Assembly (NCBI GenBank): GCA_963700535.1
Contig: CAVOXU010000003.1
Coordinates: forward strand, 70,375-134,374
Reading direction: 5' to 3'
Source: Chrysiogenales bacterium
GTDB taxonomy: Bacteria; Acidobacteriota; Aminicenantia; UBA2199
Length of the DNA stretch: 64,000 nucleotides
Position 1 is the stretch's first letter, and every line of letters begins with the position of its first letter. Positions 8,381 to 19,760 of this stretch are shown piece after piece. The translations under genes and the position numbers were made by a program. Below the pieces are notes generated by a model that saw only the letters and a program-made list of their open reading frames with translations, was not told the origin of the DNA and did not search any database.

Positions 8381-9739
8381 TTATCCTTGATCTTTTTTAT
8401 GCATCAGCAAGCGGTCGTAGAGGGCCAGGCCCACCATGGAGACCACCCCCATGCCGGCCACGATCAGCCAGATGGCGTAGGGATTGGCCGGCTGGCCCTT
8501 GGCGACCGGGTTGGAGATGAAGATCTCGAACAGGCGGCCGCCCAGGGGCGCGCCCACGATCGAGCCCAGGGCCACGGGCAGGTTGGCATAGCCCAGGTAC
8601 AGTCCCTCCTGTCCCTTGGGGGCAATGGCGCCGATGTACTCGTAGATGCGCGGCGAGGCGAACATCTCGCCCAGGGCCATGGAAGCGATGGAAACGAGCA
8701 GGAAGATCCCGGCCAGCGGCAGCAGGACATGGAAGCTTCCGAAGCGGAGCAGGGTGACTTTCAGCGAAATATCGGCGAACAGCATGGGTGCCAGTACGTT
8801 GACCAGCATGCCGACGGTGGTGACCAGGACGCCGAGCATGATCGAGCGCACCGGGGTCCATTTTTTCGCGAAGCGGGTGATAAGCAGCTGCAGGGAGACG
8901 ATCATGATCGGGTTGACCAGGGTGTAGAGTTCGACCGGGGCCTGGGGATCGATCCAGCGCAGGAAAAGCGGGATCAGGTTGTAGAGCTGGACATAGAGGA
9001 TCCAGAACATGCCGATGACCACCAGGAAAAAGACGAACTTCCAGTTGCGCAAAACGGTGATGATACCCAGCAGCGCCTGGCTCAGCGTTTTCTTGGCCGC
9101 GACCTGGCCGTCCTTCTTGCCGTCCGCGACGTATTCGGGTTCGCGGTAGATAAAGAATACGATCAGCAGGCCGACGATGGTGAAAGCGAAGGCCACCGGG
9201 AAAAAGATGGCCGGGATGCCCAGCTGGCTGCGCACGAAATAGGAGACGCCGCGGCCGCTGATCGAGCCGATGTTGATGACCATGTAAAAAATGCCGAAGC
9301 CCAGGGTGGCGCGCAATCCGGATGTTTTCTGCACGGTGCCGGCGATACAGGGCTTGACGATCGAGCCGCCCAGGCCGATGAGGACGATGCCCAGCAGGAC
9401 GGGGATGGTGTAATTGCTCCCGGCCGGCAAGAAACTCTGCACATTGCCCATGACCAGGTAGCCCAGGGAAAGCATGATGAAGGCGGTGACCAGGGAGCGC
9501 TTGAAGCCGTACTTGTCGGCCAGGGTGCCGCTGACAATGGGCAGGAAGTAGATCAATCCCCAAAGGAGCGAGCCGTTGAGGAAAGTGGCGAAGGTAGGAC
9601 TCATGCCCAGGTTTTCCGTCAGGTAGATGACCACGAACGAGGCCATGGCGTAATAGGCGCCCCGTTCGAACAGCTCGATGGTGTTGGCCGTCCAGAAAGT
9701 GGCGGGAAAGCGTGCGGGTTTGCTCTCAGGCGAATTCAT
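8381..9739 (-). CDS. MFS transporter, POT/PTR2 oligopeptide:H+ symporter-like
   Basis: ExxER motif 'IELFERGAYY', plus 'GTLADKYG' and 'FGIFYMVINIG'. Confidence 0.85.
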   Translation of the reverse strand: MNSPESKPARFPATFWTANTIELFERGAYYAMASFVVIYLTENLGMSPTFATFLNGSLLWGLIYFLPIVSGTLADKYGFKRSLVTAFIMLSLGYLVMGNVQSFLPAGSNYTIPVLLGIVLIGLGGSIVKPCIAGTVQKTSGLRATLGFGIFYMVINIGSISGRGVSYFVRSQLGIPAIFFPVAFAFTIVGLLIVFFIYREPEYVADGKKDGQVAAKKTLSQALLGIITVLRNWKFVFFLVVIGMFWILYVQLYNLIPLFLRWIDPQAPVELYTLVNPIMIVSLQLLITRFAKKWTPVRSIMLGVLVTTVGMLVNVLAPMLFADISLKVTLLRFGSFHVLLPLAGIFLLVSIASMALGEMFASPRIYEYIGAIAPKGQEGLYLGYANLPVALGSIVGAPLGGRLFEIFISNPVAKGQPANPYAIWLIVAGMGVVSMVGLALYDRLLMHKKDQG

Positions 9740-9753
9740 TGAGGACCTCCGGG

Positions 9754-11480
<1,727 letters not shown>

Positions 11481-11502
<22 letters not shown>

Positions 11503-12731
11503 TCGTTCAGTTCCTTGAGAGAGATTTTGATCTGTTCCTGGTTGGCCATGTTCTTGATGGAAACCGAGCCGCTCTGGATCTCGTTCTCAGCCAGGATCAG
11601 GGTGAAGGCGGCCGCGATGCGGTCGGCCTTCTTGAACTGTTTTTTCAGGTTCTTGCCCTGGTAATCGAGGTAGACCGGGTAGCCCTCTTCGCGCAAAACC
11701 TGGGCCATCTGTACGGCATGGGCCAGCCACTTCGGGTCCTCATAGGCCACAAAAATGGTTTTGGGCCGTGCTGGTTCCAGCTGCTCCAGGTGCAGGATAA
11801 TGCGTTCCATGCCGGCGGCAAAACCGATGGCTGCCATGTCTGGTCCGCCCAGTTCCCGGATAAGGTTGTTGTAGCGGCCGCCGCCCAGCAGTGCGTTTTG
11901 GGCTCCCAGCTGACCCGAGGTGATTTCAAAGGCGGTCCTGGTGTAGTAGTCCAGGCCGCGCACCAAACGCGGGTTCAACTGGAAGGAAACGTTCATCCAG
12001 CTCAGGGTCTCGCGCACCCCAGCGAAATGGTCCCGGCATTCGCCGCACAGGTGATCGCTGATCAGAGGCAGGCTGGCGGCGACTTCAGCGCAGGCCGGCA
12101 GTTTGCAGTCAAAGATGCGCAGCGGGTTTCCGTCGATCTTGCGCCGGCAATCAGAGCACAAACGGTTCTCCTGGGTGCGCGCCGCCTTGCGCAGCACCTG
12201 CAGATAGTCGGGGCGGCATTGCGGACAGCCCACCGAATTCAGCTCCAATTGCATGGCTTCAATCCCGATTTTTTTAAGGAAATCCACGGCCGAAAACATG
12301 ACCTCGGCGTCTACCTGCGGCGAATCGTCAGCGAAAACCTCGATTCCGAATTGTTGAAACTGGCGGTAGCGTCCCTTCTGCGGCTTGTCGTAGCGAAACA
12401 TGGAGCCAATGTAGTAAAAGCGCAGCGGGGACAGGGTATCGAAGAGATTGTTTTCGATGGCCGCCCGCACCACCGAGGCCGTGTTCTCGGGCCTCAAGGT
12501 CAGGCTGCGGTCCGATTTGTCGGAGAAAGTGTACATTTCTTTTTGGACGATTTCAGTTTCGCTGCCGATGCCGCGGCTGAACAATTCACTGTGTTCGAAA
12601 ATCGGGGTGCGGATCTCCTGATAGAGAAATTTTCTATAATAGGCGTGGATGGCATTTTCCAGGGCATGCCATTTTTGGATCTCGGGAGCGAAAATGTCGC
12701 GTGTTCCTTTCGGTGCTTTGATTTCGTTCAT
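11481..12731 (-). CDS. hisS: histidine--tRNA ligase
   Basis: 'LRPENTASVVR', 'PQKGRYRQFQQ', 'LVRGLDYYT', 'GGGRY'. Confidence 0.98.
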
Positions 12732-14329
12732 AGGTACCCCAGTGATTTTAATGTGTTCATGGTTTCTTGGTCAAATTTGTTCAGTTTGCGTTTGTTGGCG
12801 GTGATGATCCTTGATATCTTCAGCACCGATTTGACCATCTCCGAGCGCTGTCCCGACGGATCGGGCCCGAGCTGCAGGTTATTGATGCCGTGGCGATCCT
12901 GTTTCAGGTTGATGAATTCAAATCTGTTCCCCGGTCGCCCCGGGTAAAAGATGACCTGCCAGGGGAAATGGAGCACCGAGAAGGCGTCGAAATAAGCTTC
13001 GGGAGAGTATGTTTCCAGGAAAAGCCTGGGATCGGCAGCATCGGACAAGGCGCTGGTTCCCAGCATGTGTTTTGGCGCTGCTGAGCCGATCAGGCCCAGG
13101 AGGGTGGGCGCAACGCTGAAATTCGAGACCAGGGCGTTTTGCGCCTGCCGGCGGGGTATGCCTTTGCCGCTGAGCATGAACGGAACATGGGTGTAAACCT
13201 TGTTCAAATAATGGATGTGCCCGAAATGGGATCCGTACTCGCCCAGACCTTCGCCATGGTCGCCCATGACCAGAAAAGTCGATTTGGCGAAAAGCTTTTC
13301 TTTTTTTAAATGGTCCAGAAGCAGGCCGATCTGGGAATCCATATAGCGGATCTCTTTTTCATACCCGCTCATTTTGGCTTCATTGCTGATTTTAAGCATA
13401 TATTTAAAAGACAGTTCCGCCCGGCAAAACGTTTTCCCCCTGTTGGTCACAACGAGAAATGATTCTGCATTCATTGAGTTGAGGGTGACCATTCCGTAGC
13501 GCTCTTTGCGGCGAACCAGGTCCGGGGAGTAGGCTGTAGTGATGGCCGCGCCGGGTTCCAGGGCCTTGACATCCAGGTCGGCATAAATGACTCCGGTGAA
13601 GGCCTGCTTTTCCAAAATGGGGACCGGTATTTCCGAATCCAGGCGAATCAGGTTTTCTCCCGGTTCCAGGATCAGGGGCAGGCGCAATACCGGTTGCTCG
13701 ATGCTCGGGCCGCTGAACAGCAGCTTTTGGCCGCAGCGTACAGTGAACTTTTCTCGGCTTCCGGGTGGAAAATAGGGCTCGTGCGGATCGGAATAGTGGA
13801 TCCAGACAAAGGATTTTTTCCCCTTGATTTTGTCGATCAGGACAAAAGCATCGCGATTGACCTCGGCGGCGGTTTTATACCACAAGCCGGGCTTGAAGTT
13901 TTCCAGAAAATTGTCGAAGCCCCTGGCCAAACCGAAATTGCTCTTCAGCACGGCCAGGGATATAACGGCGCCGGTGGCATAACCATTTTTTTTCATGATC
14001 TCGGCCAGGGAGTTGTTGGCAATGACACGCTCCTGACCGTTATTGTAGAGCTTCAATACGTGCGGAGGCAGTGAATAAAACATGGCTGCGTGACTGGGTA
14101 AGGTGATGGGAATGACCGAGTAGGCGTTTTTATAGTGCCGGCCTGCCGCGGCCAGGGCGGCAAGGTTCGGAGTGCTTGTGTTCCCGGTTGTTGAGTAATC
14201 GATCGCGTCGGCCCGGGTAGTATCCAGGGTGATCAGGAAGATGTGTTCCGGTGCCGAGCCGCTAAAAAAAAGTAAAAAAAAAGCCAGGAAAAGCAGGGGC
14301 GGTACCAGCCAGAGCAGTTTTTTTTTCAT
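12728..14329 (-). CDS. sulfatase-like hydrolase/transferase (alkaline phosphatase superfamily), membrane-anchored
   Basis: 'LITLDTTRAD', 'TPNL', 'ITLPSHAAMF', 'HYSDPHEPY', 'GDHGEGLGE', 'HVPF', with an N-terminal TM helix. Confidence 0.85.
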   Translation of the reverse strand: MKKKLLWLVPPLLFLAFFLLFFSGSAPEHIFLITLDTTRADAIDYSTTGNTSTPNLAALAAAGRHYKNAYSVIPITLPSHAAMFYSLPPHVLKLYNNGQERVIANNSLAEIMKKNGYATGAVISLAVLKSNFGLARGFDNFLENFKPGLWYKTAAEVNRDAFVLIDKIKGKKSFVWIHYSDPHEPYFPPGSREKFTVRCGQKLLFSGPSIEQPVLRLPLILEPGENLIRLDSEIPVPILEKQAFTGVIYADLDVKALEPGAAITTAYSPDLVRRKERYGMVTLNSMNAESFLVVTNRGKTFCRAELSFKYMLKISNEAKMSGYEKEIRYMDSQIGLLLDHLKKEKLFAKSTFLVMGDHGEGLGEYGSHFGHIHYLNKVYTHVPFMLSGKGIPRRQAQNALVSNFSVAPTLLGLIGSAAPKHMLGTSALSDAADPRLFLETYSPEAYFDAFSVLHFPWQVIFYPGRPGNRFEFINLKQDRHGINNLQLGPDPSGQRSEMVKSVLKISRIITANKRKLNKFDQETMNTLKSLGYL

Positions 14330-14805
14330 TTTGAGAAAGCGGAACGAATGGTTTTGAACACCGTTTCCAGATCGTAGGAAAGCAGCCTGGTGTCACCGAC
14401 AACGGCCATGAAATTGGCGTCGCCTTGCCAACGGGGTACGATATGCTGATGGAAATGGTCCTTGATCCCGGCCCCGGCCGCATTGCCGATGTTCATGCCG
14501 ATGTTGAAACCGTCGGGATGGAAACTCTCTTTTAGAATTGTCAGGGAACGGTTGGTCAGCTGCCACATCTCCAGAAGATCGGCGGCGGTCATTTCCGCGG
14601 GGGCGGCGATATGGGCATTGGGGGCGATCAGCAGATGGCCGGTGCTGTAAGGATATCTGTTCAGGATGATGAAGAATTTATTGCCGCGATAACAGATCAG
14701 GGAATCGTGATCTGCTTTGCTCAGTGCCTGGCAGAACACACAGCCGTTATTCTTTTTAAAATTGGAAATGAATTCCCAGCGCCAGGGGGCTGATAAATAT
14801 TTCAT
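14326..14805 (-). CDS. HIT family hydrolase (Ap4A phosphorylase-like)
   Basis: 'APWR', 'CVFC', 'LNRYPYSTGH', 'GFNIGMNIGNAAGAGIKDHFHQHIVPRW'. Confidence 0.92.
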   Translation of the reverse strand: MKYLSAPWRWEFISNFKKNNGCVFCQALSKADHDSLICYRGNKFFIILNRYPYSTGHLLIAPNAHIAAPAEMTAADLLEMWQLTNRSLTILKESFHPDGFNIGMNIGNAAGAGIKDHFHQHIVPRWQGDANFMAVVGDTRLLSYDLETVFKTIRSAFSK

Positions 14806-14836
14806 TGCTTGTTACCGCCCCCGACCCAACCCGCCG

Positions 14837-16546
14837 TCATTTTTTTTTGTCCAGTTCGTTCTGCAGCAGATCGCCGATGGTCGTGACCTGGTCGTCGCTC
14901 CCCTTCATGTATTTCTGGATCTCTTCCCGCTCCCGGACCTTGTTCAGCGCCCTCAGGCTGAGATAGACTTTTTTGCGGTCGAGTTCGGTCCGCGATATCA
15001 TGGCTTCGAGCTTGTCGCCAGGCTTGTATTTCTGTTCCAGATCCTGCAGGGTGATCCTCTCTTCGTCAATGTCGCCGATGCGGATAAAGCCTTCGATGTT
15101 GCGGGTGATTTCCACGGAGATACCGCCGTCGGTGATCTTGCGGACCGTTACCTCAATGGTATTGCCGGGTTTATGCTTGGAGAAAAACGTTTTCCATTCA
15201 CTTTCCGATAAATGCTTGATCCCCAGCTGAACTTTATAATTACGGTCCAATTCATTGCTGATGATCATGGCGTCGATCTCTTCGCCTTCCTTCATGTATT
15301 CTTCCGGGGATTCGATATGGTAATAGCTGATATCGGATATCTTCACTACTCCTTCGACTCCTTGTTCCAGACCCAGGAAAACCCGTGATTTGAGGATCTT
15401 TTTCACTTTGGCCCTGACGATCTCCCCGCGCGAATGCTTTTCCAGGTATTTTTCTTCCGGGCGCATTTCCAGCTGCTTCAAGCCCAGCTTGATCTTGCGG
15501 TCCTCTTTGCTGAACTCAATCACTTGCACCCACAGCTTGTCGCCCACGGCAACGTATTCCTCAACCGAGGTCGGGCGCCCTTCCCAGGTCAGGTCCGAGA
15601 TGTGCAGAAGCCCCTCGACTCCTTCTTCCAGTTCGATAAAGGCGCCGAAGCTGACGATCTTGACGACCTTGGCGATCAACCTTTTGCCGATGGGATATCT
15701 GGTTTCGATGTCAATCCAGGGATCGGTGAATTTTTGCTTGATGCCCAGGGAGATCTTGCCTCTATCCTTGTCTATCTCCAGTACCTTGACTTCGATCTCA
15801 TCGCCTTTGCGCAGTTTTTCTTTGGGGTGATTGATGCGGCCGTAGGAGATGTTGTCCTTGTGCACCAGGCCTTCCAGGCCGCCCAGATCGACAAATGCCC
15901 CGTAGTCAACGATCGAGGTCACCATGCCCTTGACCACTTGTCCGACTGCGAGTGATCCCAGCAGGTTTTTCAATTTTTCCTGCTTTTCATCTTCGAGCAG
16001 GATACGGCGTGAGACGGTGCCGCTCTTTTCCTTTTTGTTCAGTTTGACCACCTTGAACCAGAAGTCCTTGCCCAGCATTTTTTTAGGTGCTTTGACTTTC
16101 TGGATATCCACCTGGCTCATGGGCAGAAACATCTCCACTCCCATGTCGACTAAAAAACCTTTTTCGTCGGGGGTCAATTTGGTGATCTTGCCCAGCAGGG
16201 GAATGTTCTTTTTATAGGCGCGGAAAACATTTTCCCAGCCTTCCTGTTCGTCGAGCTGTTTTTTTGAAACGATGATGTATCCTTCCTTGAAATTGACGTT
16301 TTTGGAAAGCACCGAGATCGCGTCACCGATCTTGTATTTCATGTTCCCGTCCCAGTCCAGCAGTTCCTGACGGTCCAGAATGCCTTCGGTTTTTTGGCCG
16401 ATGTCGATCACCACGCGGTTCTCGACAATATCCACGATGCGGCCTTCAATGGCAGCATTGGAAGCGAGATTTTTCAGGTCGTAATCCTTAACCAGTTCGG
16501 AAAAATCCTCGGAATTGTTCTCGATGGTGTCATTTGTGTCTGACAT
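14837..16546 (-). CDS. rpsA: 30S ribosomal protein S1 (six S1 domains)
   Basis: Repeated 'YGAFVDLGGLEGLVH' and 'FGAFIELEEGVEGLLHISDL'. C-terminal 'TTIGDLL'. Confidence 0.93.
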   Translation of the reverse strand: MSDTNDTIENNSEDFSELVKDYDLKNLASNAAIEGRIVDIVENRVVIDIGQKTEGILDRQELLDWDGNMKYKIGDAISVLSKNVNFKEGYIIVSKKQLDEQEGWENVFRAYKKNIPLLGKITKLTPDEKGFLVDMGVEMFLPMSQVDIQKVKAPKKMLGKDFWFKVVKLNKKEKSGTVSRRILLEDEKQEKLKNLLGSLAVGQVVKGMVTSIVDYGAFVDLGGLEGLVHKDNISYGRINHPKEKLRKGDEIEVKVLEIDKDRGKISLGIKQKFTDPWIDIETRYPIGKRLIAKVVKIVSFGAFIELEEGVEGLLHISDLTWEGRPTSVEEYVAVGDKLWVQVIEFSKEDRKIKLGLKQLEMRPEEKYLEKHSRGEIVRAKVKKILKSRVFLGLEQGVEGVVKISDISYYHIESPEEYMKEGEEIDAMIISNELDRNYKVQLGIKHLSESEWKTFFSKHKPGNTIEVTVRKITDGGISVEITRNIEGFIRIGDIDEERITLQDLEQKYKPGDKLEAMISRTELDRKKVYLSLRALNKVREREEIQKYMKGSDDQVTTIGDLLQNELDKKK

Positions 16547-16564
16547 GTCGTGTCTCCTTAACGT

Positions 16565-17407
16565 TTACAGTTTCTGCAGGAAATTTTTTACGTTATTCAA
16601 TTCCTGCGGTGAAGTAGAAGCTCCGGCGCTAATACCTATGGAATTGAATTTCTTCAACTTGGCCAGGGTGGCTTTGTTCTGCAGGTCGGCGCAGGTTTCG
16701 ATCTGCAGGGAATTCTTGTTTTTCCCCCTGGCGATATTATAAAGTTTTTTTGTATTGGATGAAATCTTGCTGCCGACCACGATGATCGCGTCAACAGTTG
16801 GGGCCAGTTTTTTTACGGCTTCCTGACGGTCCCGGGTGGCCTGGCAGATGGTGTTGAATATATGCAGCTTTTCGGTTTTATCCAGCAGTATGGCGACAAC
16901 CTCTTTGAAAAATTCGGTATTAAGAGTGGTCTGGGCAACCACGCTGATCTCGTGATAGCGGGACAGGGCCCGGGCCGCGGCCAGGGAGTTGATGATCCGC
17001 ACTTTTTTGGCATAGCTTCTGGCTGCGACGATCTCGGGATGGTGCTTGTCGCCAACTATCAGGATCCTGCTATTGGCCTTGTCGAGCGCTTCGATGATCT
17101 TTTGTCCTTTTTTAACCAGTGGGCAGGTGGCGTCCAGGGTAGCAATGCCTTTCCGGCGCAGGCGCTGTTCGATATCGCGGGGAATGCCGTGGGTGCGGAT
17201 GCACAGTGTCTTGTTTTTAGAGATTTTGTCGACTGTAGAGATATGTTCGATGCCTTTTGCCGACAATTCGTTCAAAACCGGAGTATTGTGGATCAGGGGG
17301 CCGTAAGTTTCAATCTTTTTTCCCTGGCAATGGTATTCATTGATCAATTTCAAGGCTCTTTTTACTCCAAAACAAAATCCCGCCTCTTCGGCGACTAATA
17401 TTTTCAT
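16565..17407 (-). CDS. ispH: 4-hydroxy-3-methylbut-2-enyl diphosphate reductase
   Basis: 'AGFCFGVKRA', 'GPLIHN', 'DATCPLV', 'QTT', 'NTICQAT', 'SSNT', 'AGASTS'. Confidence 0.97.
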   Translation of the reverse strand: MKILVAEEAGFCFGVKRALKLINEYHCQGKKIETYGPLIHNTPVLNELSAKGIEHISTVDKISKNKTLCIRTHGIPRDIEQRLRRKGIATLDATCPLVKKGQKIIEALDKANSRILIVGDKHHPEIVAARSYAKKVRIINSLAAARALSRYHEISVVAQTTLNTEFFKEVVAILLDKTEKLHIFNTICQATRDRQEAVKKLAPTVDAIIVVGSKISSNTKKLYNIARGKNKNSLQIETCADLQNKATLAKLKKFNSIGISAGASTSPQELNNVKNFLQKL

Positions 17408-17420
17408 GAATCAGACCCCA

Positions 17421-17449
17421 ATCATATAATATTATGGCCGTTTTGTCAA
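17421..17449 (-). promoter_or_regulatory. sigma70 promoter of the ispH-rpsA-HIT-sulfatase-hisS-aspS run
   Basis: TTGACA (17449-17444), 17 bp spacer, TATGAT (17426-17421). Confidence 0.65.
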
Positions 17450-17483
17450 CCAAAAATTGCAATCCTGCCAACGTGGCCGCGGC

Positions 17484-17512
17484 TTGACAACTTGCCGGCA
17501 ATGGCTTATAAA
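17484..17512 (+). promoter_or_regulatory. sigma70 promoter of hutU (divergent from ispH)
   Basis: TTGACA (17484-17489), 17 bp spacer, TATAAA. RBS GGAGG precedes ATG 17533. Confidence 0.6.
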
Positions 17513-17532
17513 TTTTCCGGAGGTAGCCCGCC

Positions 17533-19560
17533 ATGACGCAGAAGCGGAACCAAACCCGGCGCCTGTCTTTGCCTGAGCAATTGCCGGTTAAAAAAGATTT
17601 TATTTCCGGCATCCGTCGAGCTCCGGACCGGGGGTTTTGCCTTAGCCCCGCCCAGACCAAAGTGGCCCTGAAAAATGCATTGCGCTATATCCCCACTCCG
17701 TTCCATAAAGAGATAGCGCCCGAGTTCATGGATGAGTTGCTCAGCCGCGGGCGCATATATGGCTACCGCTACCGGCCCGAGGGCAGCCTGAAAGCCCGTC
17801 CGGTGGATGAATATCCGGGGAAAATCCTTGAGGCCCGGGCTTTCCAGGTGATGATCGACAACAACCTGGATTTCGACGTGGCCCTGTATCCCTATGAACT
17901 GGTGACCTATGGCGAGAGCGGCCAGGTCTTCCAGAACTGGATGCAATACAACCTGGTCAAACTGTACCTGCAGGAGATGACCGACCGGCAGACGCTGGTG
18001 GTTTATTCCGGCCATCCGCTCGGTCTTTTTGAATCCCCTGCCGATGCGCCGCGGGTCATTGCCACCAACGGCATGTTGGTGGGCATGTACGACAATATGG
18101 CAGGTTTTGCCCAGGCTGCGGCCATGGGCGTTTCCAATTACGGACAGATGACGGCCGGGGGCTGGATGTATATCGGCCCGCAGGGCATCGTTCACGGCAC
18201 CTACCTGACCCTGCTCAACGCCGGCCGCATGTATCTGGGAATTCCTGCTCAAAAGGACCTGGCCGGAGTTGTTTATCTGAGTTCCGGGCTTGGCGGCATG
18301 AGCGGCGCCCAGGGCAAGGCCGTGGAGATAGCCGGCGGCATCGGGGTGTTGGCCGAAGTCGACTATTCGCGCATTGTAACCAGGCACAAGCAGGGCTGGG
18401 TAGCGAAAATCTCTTCCAACCTCGATGAGATCGCCCGCTGGCTGGACGAATATCGCAAAAGCAAAAAACCCATATCGATCGCCTATCACGGTAATGTCGT
18501 GGATCTATGGGAATATGTGTTGAGCCACGATATCCCCATTGAGCTGGCCTCGGATCAAACTTCGTGCCACGATGTCTACGGTGGCGGCTATACTCCGGCC
18601 GGCGTTACTTTCGAGGAAGGTCGGCGCTTGCTGCGAGAGCAGCCTGCCGAGTTCCGCAGGCGGGCCGACGAGTCGCTGATCAGGCAATTCCGCCTGATCC
18701 AAAAAATGGCGGCCAGGGGCACCCGCTTCTGGGATTACGGCAATTCTTTTTTAAAGGCGGTATTTGACGCCGGCGCCACCGATATCGCGGTCAACGGGCT
18801 CGATGCCAGCGACGGCTTCATCTTTCCCAGCTATGTCGAACATATTATGGGCCCGCTGTGTTTTGACTATGGTTACGGCCCTTTTCGCTGGGTGTGCTTG
18901 AGCGGCAAGGCCGAAGACCTGGCAAAGACCGATCAGGCCGCCATGTCGTGCCTTGATCCCGACCGCCGGGCCATGGATCGCGATAACTTCGAGTGGATCA
19001 GGAATGCCGGCAAGAACAAACTGGTGGTCGGCACCCAGGCGCGTATCCTCTATGCCGATGCCGAGGGCCGGGTGAGGATCGCCCTGAAATTCAATGAGTT
19101 GGTGCGTCAAGGCGTCATCGGCCCGGTGATGCTGGGACGCGATCATCATGATGTTTCCGGCACTGATTCCCCCTTCCGGGAAACAGCCAATATCCGGGAC
19201 GGCAGCAACCTGACCGCCGACATGGCCGTGCACAATTTTGCCGGTGATGCCGCCCGCGGCATGTCCATGGTCGTGCTCTCCAACGGCGGTGGCGTGGGCA
19301 TCGGCAAGGCATTCAACGGCGGTTTCGGCCTGGTCCTGGACGGCAGCGAGCGCCGCGACCGCATCATCGCTTCGGCCATGGAATGGGATGTGCTCAACGG
19401 CATCGCCCGCCGCGCCTGGGCGCGCAATGAAAACGCCAGGGAAACCGCCGCTGCCTGGAACGACCAGCACCCGGAGCGCGGCCACATCACCCTGCCCCAT
19501 CTGGCCGACGACAAGCTGGTAGACGACCTGGTTGAACGGAGCTTTCCAGAAAAAAAATAG
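17533..19560 (+). CDS. hutU: urocanate hydratase, long (~675 aa) form
   Basis: 'YPYELVTYG', 'YGQMTAGGWMYIGPQGIVHGT', 'GLGGMSGAQ', 'SDQTSCHD', 'GRDHHDVSGTDSPFRET', 'NGGGVG'. Confidence 0.97.
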   Translation: MTQKRNQTRRLSLPEQLPVKKDFISGIRRAPDRGFCLSPAQTKVALKNALRYIPTPFHKEIAPEFMDELLSRGRIYGYRYRPEGSLKARPVDEYPGKILEARAFQVMIDNNLDFDVALYPYELVTYGESGQVFQNWMQYNLVKLYLQEMTDRQTLVVYSGHPLGLFESPADAPRVIATNGMLVGMYDNMAGFAQAAAMGVSNYGQMTAGGWMYIGPQGIVHGTYLTLLNAGRMYLGIPAQKDLAGVVYLSSGLGGMSGAQGKAVEIAGGIGVLAEVDYSRIVTRHKQGWVAKISSNLDEIARWLDEYRKSKKPISIAYHGNVVDLWEYVLSHDIPIELASDQTSCHDVYGGGYTPAGVTFEEGRRLLREQPAEFRRRADESLIRQFRLIQKMAARGTRFWDYGNSFLKAVFDAGATDIAVNGLDASDGFIFPSYVEHIMGPLCFDYGYGPFRWVCLSGKAEDLAKTDQAAMSCLDPDRRAMDRDNFEWIRNAGKNKLVVGTQARILYADAEGRVRIALKFNELVRQGVIGPVMLGRDHHDVSGTDSPFRETANIRDGSNLTADMAVHNFAGDAARGMSMVVLSNGGGVGIGKAFNGGFGLVLDGSERRDRIIASAMEWDVLNGIARRAWARNENARETAAAWNDQHPERGHITLPHLADDKLVDDLVERSFPEKK

Positions 19561-19580
19561 CCCTGGGACAAGCGAATTCG

Positions 19581-19654
19581 GGAGGGGCGTATAAACATAC
19601 GCCCAAAAACAGGAATGATCGATCGAAGAAGGGCGAATATTTATTCGCCCCTGC
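19581..19654. repeat. second REPIN-like inverted palindrome pair; may also terminate hutU
   Basis: GGAGGGGCGTATAAACATACGCCC (19581-19604) and GGGCGAATATTTATTCGCCCCTGC (19631-19654), followed by a T run. Confidence 0.6.
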
Positions 19655-19693
19655 TTTTTATGTGAATTCCTACTAAATTCCAAGAAAAAACAA

Positions 19694-19722
19694 TTGAATC
19701 AAGGTCGGTTTTCCCTTATAAT
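19694..19722 (+). promoter_or_regulatory. sigma70 promoter of the speE-speD fusion
   Basis: TTGAAT, 17 bp spacer, TATAAT. RBS AAGGAG near 19747. Confidence 0.65.
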
Positions 19723-19760
19723 AAAATCTGTTCGCATACAGAAGCAAGGAGATATAGCCC

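Noticed and set aside
1902-9739. Genomic island at the tRNA-Gly/Cys locus
   Set aside because: The accessory genes lie on the tRNA 5' side, there is no integrase, and I saw no duplicated tRNA 3' end.
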